DNA of 32,000 nt from Candidatus Copromonas faecavium (nom. illeg.) (GTDB lineage: Bacteria > Bacillota > Clostridia > Lachnospirales > Lachnospiraceae), in the NCBI GenBank assembly GCA_018712915.1, contig DVGC01000058.1:21091-53090 (forward strand), read 5' to 3'. Shown one piece after another: positions 8,515 to 16,662 of this stretch. How positions within the stretch are numbered: position 1 is the first letter of the stretch; each line of letters starts with the position of its first letter. The position numbers and the translations under genes are program-made. A model generated the notes under the pieces. That model saw only the letters and a list, made by a program, of their open reading frames with translations. It was not told the DNA's origin and did no database searches.

Positions 8515-9243
8515 CTACAGCAGCGGCACAATCCAATTCTCCCAGGCCCAGCTGACCGGCATTACAAGAGCCATGGCCGGAATCATATCTGCCGTGGGAA
8601 ATTCCCGGATTTTGGATATGCGAAAACCGGTAGCAATCAGAAGAAAGCCGCCGCAGGCCTTGAAATCGTCAATCATATCCGGAGTCGTCAGCGGATAAAT
8701 GATGCTGGATGCTGCAAAAATCACCAGAAAAATCAGCATTTGGGGAACAGCGATAAAAGACACCACCAGTCCCAGGTTAGACGCAAAAATAATGGCCGTA
8801 AAGAAATCCAGCACCGATTTGGAAATCATGATCGTATGATCGCCGCTGATGCCGGAATCCAGAGAACCGTAAATTCCCGTCCCGCTGGCGCAGAACAGAA
8901 CGATCACCGTTACCAGAACACTCATGTACTCCTCTCTTGAAAGGCCAGTAGGCTGATTTTTAAAAATCAGACTCACCGGTTTTTCCATCAGCATTCCGCC
9001 CCGGTGAATCCACTGTCCCAGATGGCAGGCCAGACCGATGGCGGTTCCCACCACGACGGAAAAAATCACTGCCGGCATGTTTTTCATTAAAACAATCGAA
9101 CTGACTCCCATTCCCATGGAGCAGACACCAAAAATCAAAGTCAGTTCATGTTTCATCCGAGCCGGCACCTTATGGCCCAACAAAGCTCCAATCGCTCCCC
9201 CGAGTGCCACCGACAACGCGTTGATAATAATTCCTGTTGGCAT
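8515..9243 (-). CDS. DUF554-family membrane protein (YqgA/YdfK-like)
   Basis: 242 aa, multi-TM. N-terminal GIIINALSVALGGAIGALLG is typical of DUF554. Confidence 0.65.
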   Translation of the reverse strand: MPTGIIINALSVALGGAIGALLGHKVPARMKHELTLIFGVCSMGMGVSSIVLMKNMPAVIFSVVVGTAIGLACHLGQWIHRGGMLMEKPVSLIFKNQPTGLSREEYMSVLVTVIVLFCASGTGIYGSLDSGISGDHTIMISKSVLDFFTAIIFASNLGLVVSFIAVPQMLIFLVIFAASSIIYPLTTPDMIDDFKACGGFLLIATGFRISKIREFPTADMIPAMALVMPVSWAWENWIVPLL

Positions 9244-9651
9244 ATTCAGTCCCCTTTCTGCTGTAGGTCCACCGTTTCATGCTTCTCCATGGCCTCCATG
9301 GAATCTGCATTCCTATTATTTGCCCGTCAGTTTCCTGTTATTTATGCTCCTTCCGTAGCGGGCAGCCTTTCACAGACTCATCTTTTCCCATTATATCAGA
9401 AGCGGCCGCTTCTTTCCACAGAATTTCCATCCGCCCCCCCTCAAAGCCAAAAATGAGATTTTAAATTCCACCTTCTCCCCTCAAAGTACCTGCGGAATTG
9501 CATATTTCAAATCAGCCGCAGAATAACCCCGCATTCAGTTTTTCCTGCCATACCCATCAGTAAAACTCATAAGTCTGTTTCATTTTCTCTCTGTTTTCTC
9601 CCGGGAAGCCATGCTATACTGGTATTACATACCAAAAAGGAGGATCCCAGC

Positions 9652-10932
9652 ATGCATGAACTGACCAAACTGATTTTTGATGATATGAAGCCCGCCCTAG
9701 GGGTAACAGAACCAGGAGCCATCGCATTCGCGGTTTCAACGGCAAAATCCCGGGTTCCCGGTGCTGTCCGCCAGATCTCTCTGCGGTTAAACAGCGGCAT
9801 GTATAAAAATGCATTTACCTGCGGAATTCCCGGCACCAGTCAGGTTGGAAACGAATATGCCGCGGCGTTAGGCGCCATCGCCGCAGACTCGAAAAAGGGT
9901 CTGGAATGTCTGGACGGCATCACCGAAGACCAGGTGCGCGAGGCCAGGCAGATGATCGCGGATGGAAAGGTCCGCGTATCCATGAGCGAAATTACCAGCA
10001 GAATTTTCATTGAAGCTGCTGTCACCACAGATACCGGTTCATCCTCGGTAACCATCCGGGATTCCCATACCAATATCGTAAAAATCGTTGAAAACGACCG
10101 CACCATCCTGGAAAAAGCAGACGAAGGAGAGCAGGAAAATGCCATGCCTCCTCTGATCCATCGTTATACGCTGGAGCAGCTTCTTTCCTACGTAAGGGAA
10201 GTCCCATTGGAAGAAATTCAGTTCATTCAGGCCGCTCATACCATGAATTATAAGCTGATGGAGGAGGGCCTGGAAAGTCCCAGAACCACCTTTTCCCGCT
10301 GTCTCCTGGATGAAAATGGGGGAAGCATCATTTCCGAAGATGAGCAGAAAACAGCCTCCCTTCTCTGCAGCGCAGCAATCGAAGCCAGGGTCATCGGTCT
10401 GTCCCGTCCTGCCATGAGCATTACCGGCTCCGGCGCACATGGAATCATTGCCACCATGCCCCTTTATGCCGCCTGTCAGGTCCGCGGGCATTCGGAAGAG
10501 CAGCTGCTAAGAGCCACCGCTTTAAGCTATTTAATCTGCATGTACATCAAAGAATACTCCGGCAGGCTGTCTGCTTTCTGCGGCTGTGCCATTGCGGCCG
10601 GAACAGGAATGGCCTGCGGCCTTACCTATCTGCGGGGCGGAATGGAAAAAGAAATGGAATACACCATCAATAACATGGCCAGCAGCATCACCGGAATGAT
10701 CTGTGACGGCGGAAATCAGGGATGCGTTATGAAAGGAGTCGTGGCTGTGGATGCGGCTTACCGCTCTGTGGATCTGGCCATGAAAGGCGTTCATATCGAT
10801 AAGGTTCATGGTGTCAATGGAAATACACCGGAGGAAACCATGCGGTATATGGGCCTGATTGCCTCTCCGGGCATGGTAGGAACGGAAAAAACCATTGTAG
10901 AAATCCTGGAACATAAATCCTCCGGACATTAA
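9652..10932 (+). CDS. L-cysteine desulfidase family protein (UPF0597/YhaM-like, serine dehydratase alpha-like)
   Basis: 426 aa. KPALG(V/C)TEP, HTNIV, TGSGAHGIIATMP and MICDGGNQGC strings parallel E. coli YhaM. AAAGGAGGA SD 7 nt before the ATG, and TGcTATACT upstream. Confidence 0.75.
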   Translation: MHELTKLIFDDMKPALGVTEPGAIAFAVSTAKSRVPGAVRQISLRLNSGMYKNAFTCGIPGTSQVGNEYAAALGAIAADSKKGLECLDGITEDQVREARQMIADGKVRVSMSEITSRIFIEAAVTTDTGSSSVTIRDSHTNIVKIVENDRTILEKADEGEQENAMPPLIHRYTLEQLLSYVREVPLEEIQFIQAAHTMNYKLMEEGLESPRTTFSRCLLDENGGSIISEDEQKTASLLCSAAIEARVIGLSRPAMSITGSGAHGIIATMPLYAACQVRGHSEEQLLRATALSYLICMYIKEYSGRLSAFCGCAIAAGTGMACGLTYLRGGMEKEMEYTINNMASSITGMICDGGNQGCVMKGVVAVDAAYRSVDLAMKGVHIDKVHGVNGNTPEETMRYMGLIASPGMVGTEKTIVEILEHKSSGH

Positions 10933-11024
10933 AATATCTTTCAGCCAGCCCGAAAGCAGATTCGTTTTCTGCCTTCCGCTTCCGGCAGGCCTTTCTTCCT
11001 GTCAAAATCGCTTTTCATCAGAAA

Positions 11025-11072
11025 AGGCCTCCGTCTGCGCTCTACTCGCACAGACAGAGGCCTCTTATCTTT
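11025..11072. terminator. Hairpin terminator between convergent genes
   Basis: ~16-bp stem AGGCCTCCGTCTGCGC / GCACAGACAGAGGCCT (with G-U pairs). It is followed by CTTATCTTT on the plus strand and AGGCCTTTTCTGATG on the minus strand. Confidence 0.55.
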
Positions 11073-11156
11073 CACGGCTGTTTTCCTGGCTATTTTTCTG
11101 ACTATTCTTCTGAGACAGTTCTTTTTCCTGGCTGTTCAGTCATAATTCCATATAAA

Positions 11157-11447
11157 TTACATGAAAACTTTTTCCAGCCTGGTTTCTGCCATACAGCGCT
11201 CTTTGATTTCCGCCAGTTTTTTCATGTGGGGCTGTTCCATATGAACCTTCTGGCATTCTTCCGTTTCCCATTTTTCCACCAAAAGAAGCAGGTTTTCATC
11301 TTCCTCCGAGTAGAAATAATCGTATTGAAGACATCCATTCTCCCGGCGAATCGCGTCAAGAATTCCGGCATCCCGCACCTGACAGACAAACGATTCTCTC
11401 ATTCCCGGTTTCGCTGTATAAGCAACCAGAAGCAAAAGCTGAGCCAT
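11157..11447 (-). CDS. Antibiotic biosynthesis monooxygenase (ABM) domain protein / putative quinol monooxygenase
   Basis: 96 aa with an ABM-like ferredoxin-fold pattern (LLLVAYTAKPG...C..Y......D.N...LVEKW...). AAGGAGGA SD. Confidence 0.65.
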   Translation of the reverse strand: MAQLLLLVAYTAKPGMRESFVCQVRDAGILDAIRRENGCLQYDYFYSEEDENLLLLVEKWETEECQKVHMEQPHMKKLAEIKERCMAETRLEKVFM

Positions 11448-11496
11448 CGGACGGTTCCTCCTTTTTCATCAAATCATCGTTTCTGCAGCCGGCTGA

Positions 11497-11874
11497 TTAC
11501 TCTGCTTTCCAGAGTCCGTGGAGATTGCAGTAAGCATAAACGGCTTCCACCTGATCTCCCTCACAAAGAGCGAAGCATGCCTCCGGTGCCTCACCGGGAT
11601 GAAGTTCCTTTCTCTGGTTTCCCTGCTTGGTCTGGATGGAAATCCACTCAATATAATGGGCGTCCATCATCGGATGCTCTACCTCGCCCACCTTTACATG
11701 AACCTTATTTCCTTCCACCGTATAAACAGGAACGTGCTTTTCATGGGCGCCGTCCGAAGTTCCCGGGATCAGTTCTGTCATTTTCTGACCGCAGCACATA
11801 ACCGGTACTCCGCTGCTCTTTACCATCGCAATCATGTTTCCGCATTTCTCACAAATAAAAAACTGCTGTTTCAT
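11497..11874 (-). CDS. dfx: Desulfoferrodoxin (2Fe superoxide reductase)
   Basis: 125 aa. N-terminal desulforedoxin CxxC...CC motif (CEKCGN...MCCGQ) and a C-terminal SOR centre (EKHVP...H...HYIEW...CNLHGLW). AGGAGG SD. Confidence 0.9.
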   Translation of the reverse strand: MKQQFFICEKCGNMIAMVKSSGVPVMCCGQKMTELIPGTSDGAHEKHVPVYTVEGNKVHVKVGEVEHPMMDAHYIEWISIQTKQGNQRKELHPGEAPEACFALCEGDQVEAVYAYCNLHGLWKAE

Positions 11875-11919
11875 TGAATCTACCTCCTGTTACAATATGT
11901 TTATGGTTGACGTACCTAA

Positions 11920-11951
11920 CAGCCAATAAGAAACTGTCTTCTTATTGGCTG
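11920..11951. repeat. 13-bp-arm perfect inverted repeat upstream of dfx
   Basis: CAGCCAATAAGAA-actgtc-TTCTTATTGGCTG lies ~45 nt upstream of the dfx start. No T-run follows on either strand. Confidence 0.8.
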
Positions 11952-12085
11952 AGCTTACCGGTTTTACATCCCAGCCGTCTGCCGGTTTTTGTAAAAAATA
12001 TTCCTGGTATCTATTGAGAAGTGTATCACAAATCATCGGAAAAATACAGTCCTAAAGCAAAAAATCCCGGAAAAGCCATGATTTG

Positions 12086-12940
12086 TCAGCCAGTCTTTTC
12101 TCCGGCCAGGATAAACAGGCGGCCATCCTTTCTGGTGTATTCACAGGTCACCAGAGTCAGAAGCCGTTCCGGCCATCCGGGGACATTCTGGGTATCATGA
12201 ATGTTCTTCCTTTCTGCCAGTTCTATCACAGCTTTAAAATCGTCCTCCGTTTCTGCCAGCAGATATTTGGAAAGCTCCTCCGCCTCCGAAGCCGACAGAC
12301 AGAATACGGAAAAGACCTGATAGCAGCTGGTCTCCTCCAGCGTATCAAACAGGATTTCTTTATGTTCTTCATAAAATTCCTCAGACCGGTACTGTTCCAA
12401 TTGTGCAAACATGGTTCCGTTTTTCATATGATGACCATAAAGGATGCTGTTGTTTCCTCCATTTGGACGGCAGTCCGCATCCATAAAAATCATTCCTCCG
12501 GCGGAGGGCTGTCGGTCAAACCCATGGTTCAAATAAAAATCCGGTTCCTCCGGCGTCTGCATCACCGGATACTCCACCGCAGTCCCCTCAATGGAAATCC
12601 AGCCAACCGTATCACTGTTGGCCTCCAGGCTTTTCAGGCAGCGTGCCAGCCGCAGGGAACGGCTGGCGTCTTTTTCATTTTCCTGTCCGCTTTCTCCCTC
12701 CGATGGCTGTGCTTTTCCGGCATGACTGCCATTTTGCCCGCTATTCCATCCCGGCTGTTCCTCCTTTTCCGCCCCATTCTCTTCCAAAGTACTCGAGAGC
12801 TGCCGGATCTTTTCCAAATCTTCCTCCACACGCCCATAATCCCGGCACATGGAAATCAGTTCCCATCCGGACCAGGCAGACAGACCCAGACAGACAGTCA
12901 AAATCGCTGCGGAAGTCATAGATTTTATTCTTTTTTTCAT
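12086..12940 (-). CDS. srtB: Class B sortase
   Basis: 284 aa. N-terminal membrane anchor, YGHHMKNGTMF and the catalytic TLVTCE motif, and a class-B-like IEGT.VEYPVMQ string. It carries a low-complexity Gly/Glu/Gln insert after the anchor. AGGTGG SD. Confidence 0.85.
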   Translation of the reverse strand: MKKRIKSMTSAAILTVCLGLSAWSGWELISMCRDYGRVEEDLEKIRQLSSTLEENGAEKEEQPGWNSGQNGSHAGKAQPSEGESGQENEKDASRSLRLARCLKSLEANSDTVGWISIEGTAVEYPVMQTPEEPDFYLNHGFDRQPSAGGMIFMDADCRPNGGNNSILYGHHMKNGTMFAQLEQYRSEEFYEEHKEILFDTLEETSCYQVFSVFCLSASEAEELSKYLLAETEDDFKAVIELAERKNIHDTQNVPGWPERLLTLVTCEYTRKDGRLFILAGEKTG

Positions 12941-13043
12941 AATGCCACCTATTATTAACAGACTTTATTGTATTTTTCACATATTTATCACATATTTTAT
13001 CAAATTAAACTTCTCAGAAAGCAAAGTCTTATGGTATAATGTA

Positions 13044-13071
13044 CGCATAAGCAATGAGCAGGGCAGTCTGC
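13044..13071 (+). repeat. Copy A of an identical 28-nt module (CGCATAAGCAATGAGCAGGGCAGTCTGC), 3 nt downstream of TGgTATAAT
   Basis: Exact repeat of 13270-13297. An extended -10-like element lies at 13032-13040. Confidence 0.9.
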
Positions 13072-13269
13072 TGCAGGGGGAACTTTCCATCATGCTTGCA
13101 TGAATGGAAAGGTACACCGGCTGCTGACTATCGTGCGAATGCACGCGAGCGAGATGGAGCGCAGCGGAATCGAGCCCCTGCGGCGTAATCACGTGTAGCG
13201 CTTTGTGCGTTCACCGCACAAATCCGGGCGCATAAAACATATTATGGCCGCAGTCCATGATATCATGTG

Positions 13270-13297
13270 CGCATAAGCAATGAGCAGGGCAGTCTGC
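13270..13297 (+). repeat. Copy B of the 28-nt module, 3 nt downstream of TGaTATCAT
   Basis: Exact repeat of 13044-13071, 226 nt downstream. A -10-like element lies at 13258-13266. Both copies are followed by GGGGAACTTTC (13077-13087 and 13323-13333). Confidence 0.9.
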
Positions 13298-13432
13298 CGC
13301 TGCCATGGTATCGTGACCGCAAGGGGAACTTTCAGTGACGAACACAGACGAATTCTGTGACATCATGCAGAAAAGGCTTTCAAAAAGTTTTTGAAATGCA
13401 CGTATCAGAAACAGACAGAAAGGAGAACTTTC

Positions 13433-14056
13433 ATGAGCAAACTTACAATTACATGGCATGGACACTCATGCTTCACCATTTCTGCAGACGGTTATGATGT
13501 GGTGTTGGATCCTTATGCTCCGGGCTCCGTTCCGGGACTTGGCGATCTTTCCCTGACCGCCGACATGGTCTTATGCAGCCATGAGCACAGCGACCATGGA
13601 TTCACAGACGCAGTCCGCATCCGGACCGGCGGAGCAGAAAATCCTTTTCAGATTACAAAAATTGACACCTTCCATGATGATGCTTCCGGCTCTCTCAGAG
13701 GAACCAACCGGATTCACATCCTGGAAACAGGAGGACTAAAAGCAGTCCATCTGGGCGATTTGGGCTGTATGCTGAACGCCATGCAGATTGATCAGCTGAA
13801 GAAGCCGGACATTCTTCTGATTCCTGTGGGAGGCTACTATACCATCAATGCAGCTCAGGCGGCACAGGTTGTGGAAAAACTTTCTCCCCGGGTAACCGTT
13901 CCCATGCATTACCGCTCAGACACCTTCGGCTATCCGGTTATCGGGCGTCTTGAAGAATACACCTCCCGCTGCAATAACGTCATTCACTATGATACCAATG
14001 TTTTAACTGTAGATTCCTCTACCAGGCCTCAGACGGCCGTTCTTACCATGGTTTAG
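13433..14056 (+). CDS. MBL-fold metallo-hydrolase (UPF0173-like)
   Basis: 207 aa counted from ATG 13433 (AAAGGAGA SD 6 nt upstream). ITWHGHSCF and SHEHSDH (HxHxDH) motifs. Confidence 0.8.
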   Translation: MSKLTITWHGHSCFTISADGYDVVLDPYAPGSVPGLGDLSLTADMVLCSHEHSDHGFTDAVRIRTGGAENPFQITKIDTFHDDASGSLRGTNRIHILETGGLKAVHLGDLGCMLNAMQIDQLKKPDILLIPVGGYYTINAAQAAQVVEKLSPRVTVPMHYRSDTFGYPVIGRLEEYTSRCNNVIHYDTNVLTVDSSTRPQTAVLTMV

Positions 14057-14057
14057 C

Positions 14058-14086
14058 CCGGTCTGCTTATGCAGACCGGATTTTTT
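14058..14086 (+). terminator. Rho-independent terminator of the MBL-fold hydrolase gene
   Basis: CCGGTCTGC-ttat-GCAGACCGG followed by ATTTTTT, starting 2 nt after the stop codon. Confidence 0.85.
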
Positions 14087-14222
14087 CTGCGGGTCTTCCT
14101 ATGAGTCTTCCTGTGGCTTTTCCGGGCCGTTTCCGTGGATACAGGAGGAAGCTCTGGCGGCGCCGGCCGCCGCACCGATTCCATCAGCCGCAGCATCACA
14201 TCCCAACCATAAATCCGGCGCA

Positions 14223-15095
14223 TCAGATGTGGCGGCGCCATTCCTCCAGGCGATACCGCTGCTCTGCCTTCGCCCGCTCCAGCTGAGCCATCATAGCCGG
14301 AATATCCTCATTAAAGGTTCCTGCCAGTACTACATAATTGGAAGCATGATTGGTGCGGAAAATCGTGCCAGGAGAATCGATATGGCTTAAAAACAGCTCC
14401 ATTTCCTCTACAATCTCATCAGGCGTAATTAGCTCCATCTCTCCGCGCTTCACTTCCTCATTCATCTTTGTTCCCTCATAAAGACGCAGCGTCAGGAAAG
14501 ATGCATATTCCGGATTCATTCCATTGATCAGTTCGGCAGATTTTACCGCATGCTCCCGGATTCCCTTCCGTCCTCCAAGACCGGAAATTAACGTCACGGA
14601 TGTCTTCAGGCCGCAGCGTTTCAGCTTCTGCCCCGCCTCTATGATCTCGGCTGCCGTCACGTCCTTCTGAATATGGGTCAGCACCCGGTCATCCCCCGAT
14701 TCCGCTCCCAGATAGATTAATTCCAGTCCGGCAGCAGCCAGGGCTTTCAGCTCCTCTTCCGACTTTCGTAAAACATCCTTTGCCGTTCCATATGAAGAAA
14801 TCCGTTCCACTGCCGGAAAGTTCTTATGCACATAGGCCAAAAGCTCCAGCAGCAGGTCAGTTTTCACCACCAGTGCATCTCCGTCGGCAAAGAAAACCCG
14901 CCGGATCATGGGGCCATAATAAGCCCGGCACTCATCCAAGTCTGCCATGATTTCTTCTTTCGTCCGCACCCGGAATTTCTTCTCCCGGTACATATTGCAG
15001 AAGGTGCAGCGGTTATGGGCGCAGCCAATGGTCACCTGAATGATCAGGCTCCTGGCCTCGCTGGGCGGCCGGTATAAAATTCCCTCGTATTCCAT
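14223..15095 (-). CDS. Radical SAM domain protein (function unknown)
   Basis: 290 aa counted from ATG 15095 (AAGGAGGA SD 8 nt upstream). The cluster motif GCAHNRCTFCNMY reads CX4CX2C as written. GGxxG-like and TIM-barrel-type pattern. Confidence 0.7.
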   Translation of the reverse strand: MEYEGILYRPPSEARSLIIQVTIGCAHNRCTFCNMYREKKFRVRTKEEIMADLDECRAYYGPMIRRVFFADGDALVVKTDLLLELLAYVHKNFPAVERISSYGTAKDVLRKSEEELKALAAAGLELIYLGAESGDDRVLTHIQKDVTAAEIIEAGQKLKRCGLKTSVTLISGLGGRKGIREHAVKSAELINGMNPEYASFLTLRLYEGTKMNEEVKRGEMELITPDEIVEEMELFLSHIDSPGTIFRTNHASNYVVLAGTFNEDIPAMMAQLERAKAEQRYRLEEWRRHI

Positions 15096-15149
15096 GTTCA
15101 AATTCCTCCTTATATTCCGGTTCTGAAACCAGCTCCGTATGATTGTCAA

Positions 15150-15175
15150 ACCCGGCCTGGAAGTTCCGGCCGGGT
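15150..15175 (-). terminator. Possible weak terminator after the MATE gene
   Basis: ACCCGGCC / GGCCGGGT 8-bp stem. Only TTT follows on the minus strand. Confidence 0.3.
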
Positions 15176-15181
15176 CTTTTG

Positions 15182-16573
15182 TTATCCTTTATACACCTGT
15201 TTCTTCTGTATTTTGGTGAGCTTTCTGATGGCGCTGAACCGGTAATAGTAGATGACAAACGCGATGGATGTCACAGTCCAGCTCAGCGGATAGCTGACCA
15301 ATGTTACAAGCAAATCATGATAAACCGTTCCTACGGTAAAAATCCAGGTTACCCTGAGGACACAGGTTCCGATACAGACAAGCAGCATGGGAACCAGTGC
15401 ATCGCCAACCCCGCGCAGAGTGCTGGGGAATACGTTCACGCATACATAGGTGAACCAGAACGGTACCAGGAAATGGATGATGTCCATACTGTATTCCAGC
15501 ACCGCCGCATCGCTGGTGAACAGTCCGCTTAAAACCGGGCCGAAAACAACAACGATACCGCCCAGGATCGCTGTCAGAATCGCAGACATTGCAATTCCTA
15601 CATAATTTCCTTTCTTAACCCGATCCAGCTTATCCGCTCCAAAATTCTGCCCAGAGAAAGTTGTAACGGCGATGCCCATAGCATCCATAGTCATCCAGAA
15701 CAGGCCGTCAATCTTTCCAAATACTGCCCACGCTGCGATGGTATCCGTTCCGAAGCTGTTGATATTTGCCTGAATCAGTACATTGGAAATCGAATACATC
15801 ATGGACTGAAGCCCTGCCGGAAGGCCGATTTTTACAACCTTCCGGAGAATCTTCATGTCTACCTTCAACGCCTTCACATCCAGTTTGTAGGAATCCGTGG
15901 TTCTTAAAAGTCTTGTAATCACAAGGAAAGCCGACAGATACTGAGATATAATCGTCGCAATGGCAGCCCCCGCAACATTCATATGAAAGACCACAACAAA
16001 CAGCAAATCCAGGAAGATATTGGTAAAGCAGCTGGCAATCAGGAAATACAGAGGCCGCTTGGAGTCTCCGACTGCCCGGAGAATGGCGGCGCCCATGTTA
16101 TAAATCAGGTTGCCGATGGTCCCAAGGAAGTAAATCCGCAAGTATATAACGGAATAACCCATGATTTCTTCCGGCGCTCCCATGGCCCGCAAAGCAATCG
16201 GCGTAAAAATCTCACCAATCACCAAAAGAGCCACTCCGCCAATAATGGCAACGCAGAGGGATGTATGTACCGCCTTTTTTACGTAGTCACCCTGTTTGGC
16301 TCCATAATACTGGGAAACTACGACGGAAGCGCCCGAAGACACTCCGACAAAAAAACCAACCAGAAGATTGATCAGTGTTCCCGTCGTGCCTCCTACGGCC
16401 GACAGGGCCTCCTTGCCAACAAACTTTCCCACGATCATGGCATCCGCCGTATTGTAAAGCTGCTGGAAGAAGGTACCAAGTAAAATCGGAAAGAAGAATA
16501 TCAGAAGCTGCTGCCAGATCACGCCCTCCGTGATGCCGTTGTACTGCACAGCCTCGCTTTTCCTACGTATCAT
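15182..16573 (-). CDS. MATE family efflux transporter
   Basis: 463 aa, 12-TM pattern. N-terminal W..L..F..P...G...QQLYN.AD...VG is typical of MATE/DinF-type exporters. Confidence 0.85.
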   Translation of the reverse strand: MIRRKSEAVQYNGITEGVIWQQLLIFFFPILLGTFFQQLYNTADAMIVGKFVGKEALSAVGGTTGTLINLLVGFFVGVSSGASVVVSQYYGAKQGDYVKKAVHTSLCVAIIGGVALLVIGEIFTPIALRAMGAPEEIMGYSVIYLRIYFLGTIGNLIYNMGAAILRAVGDSKRPLYFLIASCFTNIFLDLLFVVVFHMNVAGAAIATIISQYLSAFLVITRLLRTTDSYKLDVKALKVDMKILRKVVKIGLPAGLQSMMYSISNVLIQANINSFGTDTIAAWAVFGKIDGLFWMTMDAMGIAVTTFSGQNFGADKLDRVKKGNYVGIAMSAILTAILGGIVVVFGPVLSGLFTSDAAVLEYSMDIIHFLVPFWFTYVCVNVFPSTLRGVGDALVPMLLVCIGTCVLRVTWIFTVGTVYHDLLVTLVSYPLSWTVTSIAFVIYYYRFSAIRKLTKIQKKQVYKG

Positions 16574-16662
16574 GACATGTTCACCCTGTTATTTCCTTTC
16601 AAATGCCGCATCCATGGCGTACTGCCCGGCGCGTTTTGACCGGATATTCCGGCGTTATTCAG

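Noticed and set aside
13226-13251. dif/Xer-like core site GGGCGCATAA-aacata-TTATGGCCGC (imperfect inverted arms, 6-bp spacer, left arm similar to the E. coli dif XerC arm GGTGCGCATAA)
   Set aside because: Gene orientation stays minus-biased on both sides, so this is not a terminus. No recombinase or integrated element is adjacent. GCGCATAA is also part of the local repeat module, so the resemblance may be fortuitous. It would be worth a PWM scan only.
13054-13360. Two small Cys-containing ORFs that both start MSRAVC... (ATG 13054, 47 aa; ATG 13280, 26 aa), possible RiPP precursors for the nearby radical SAM enzyme
   Set aside because: Neither has a Shine-Dalgarno sequence. The shared N-terminus is simply the translated 28-nt DNA repeat. 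The radical SAM gene is on the other strand, about 900 nt or more away, and has no SPASM domain.
14053-14241. 62-aa ORF on the minus strand in the MBL/radical-SAM convergent gap
   Set aside because: It has no SD, spans the MBL gene terminator, overlaps the radical SAM stop, and has a basic low-complexity composition (HRKTHRKTRRK).
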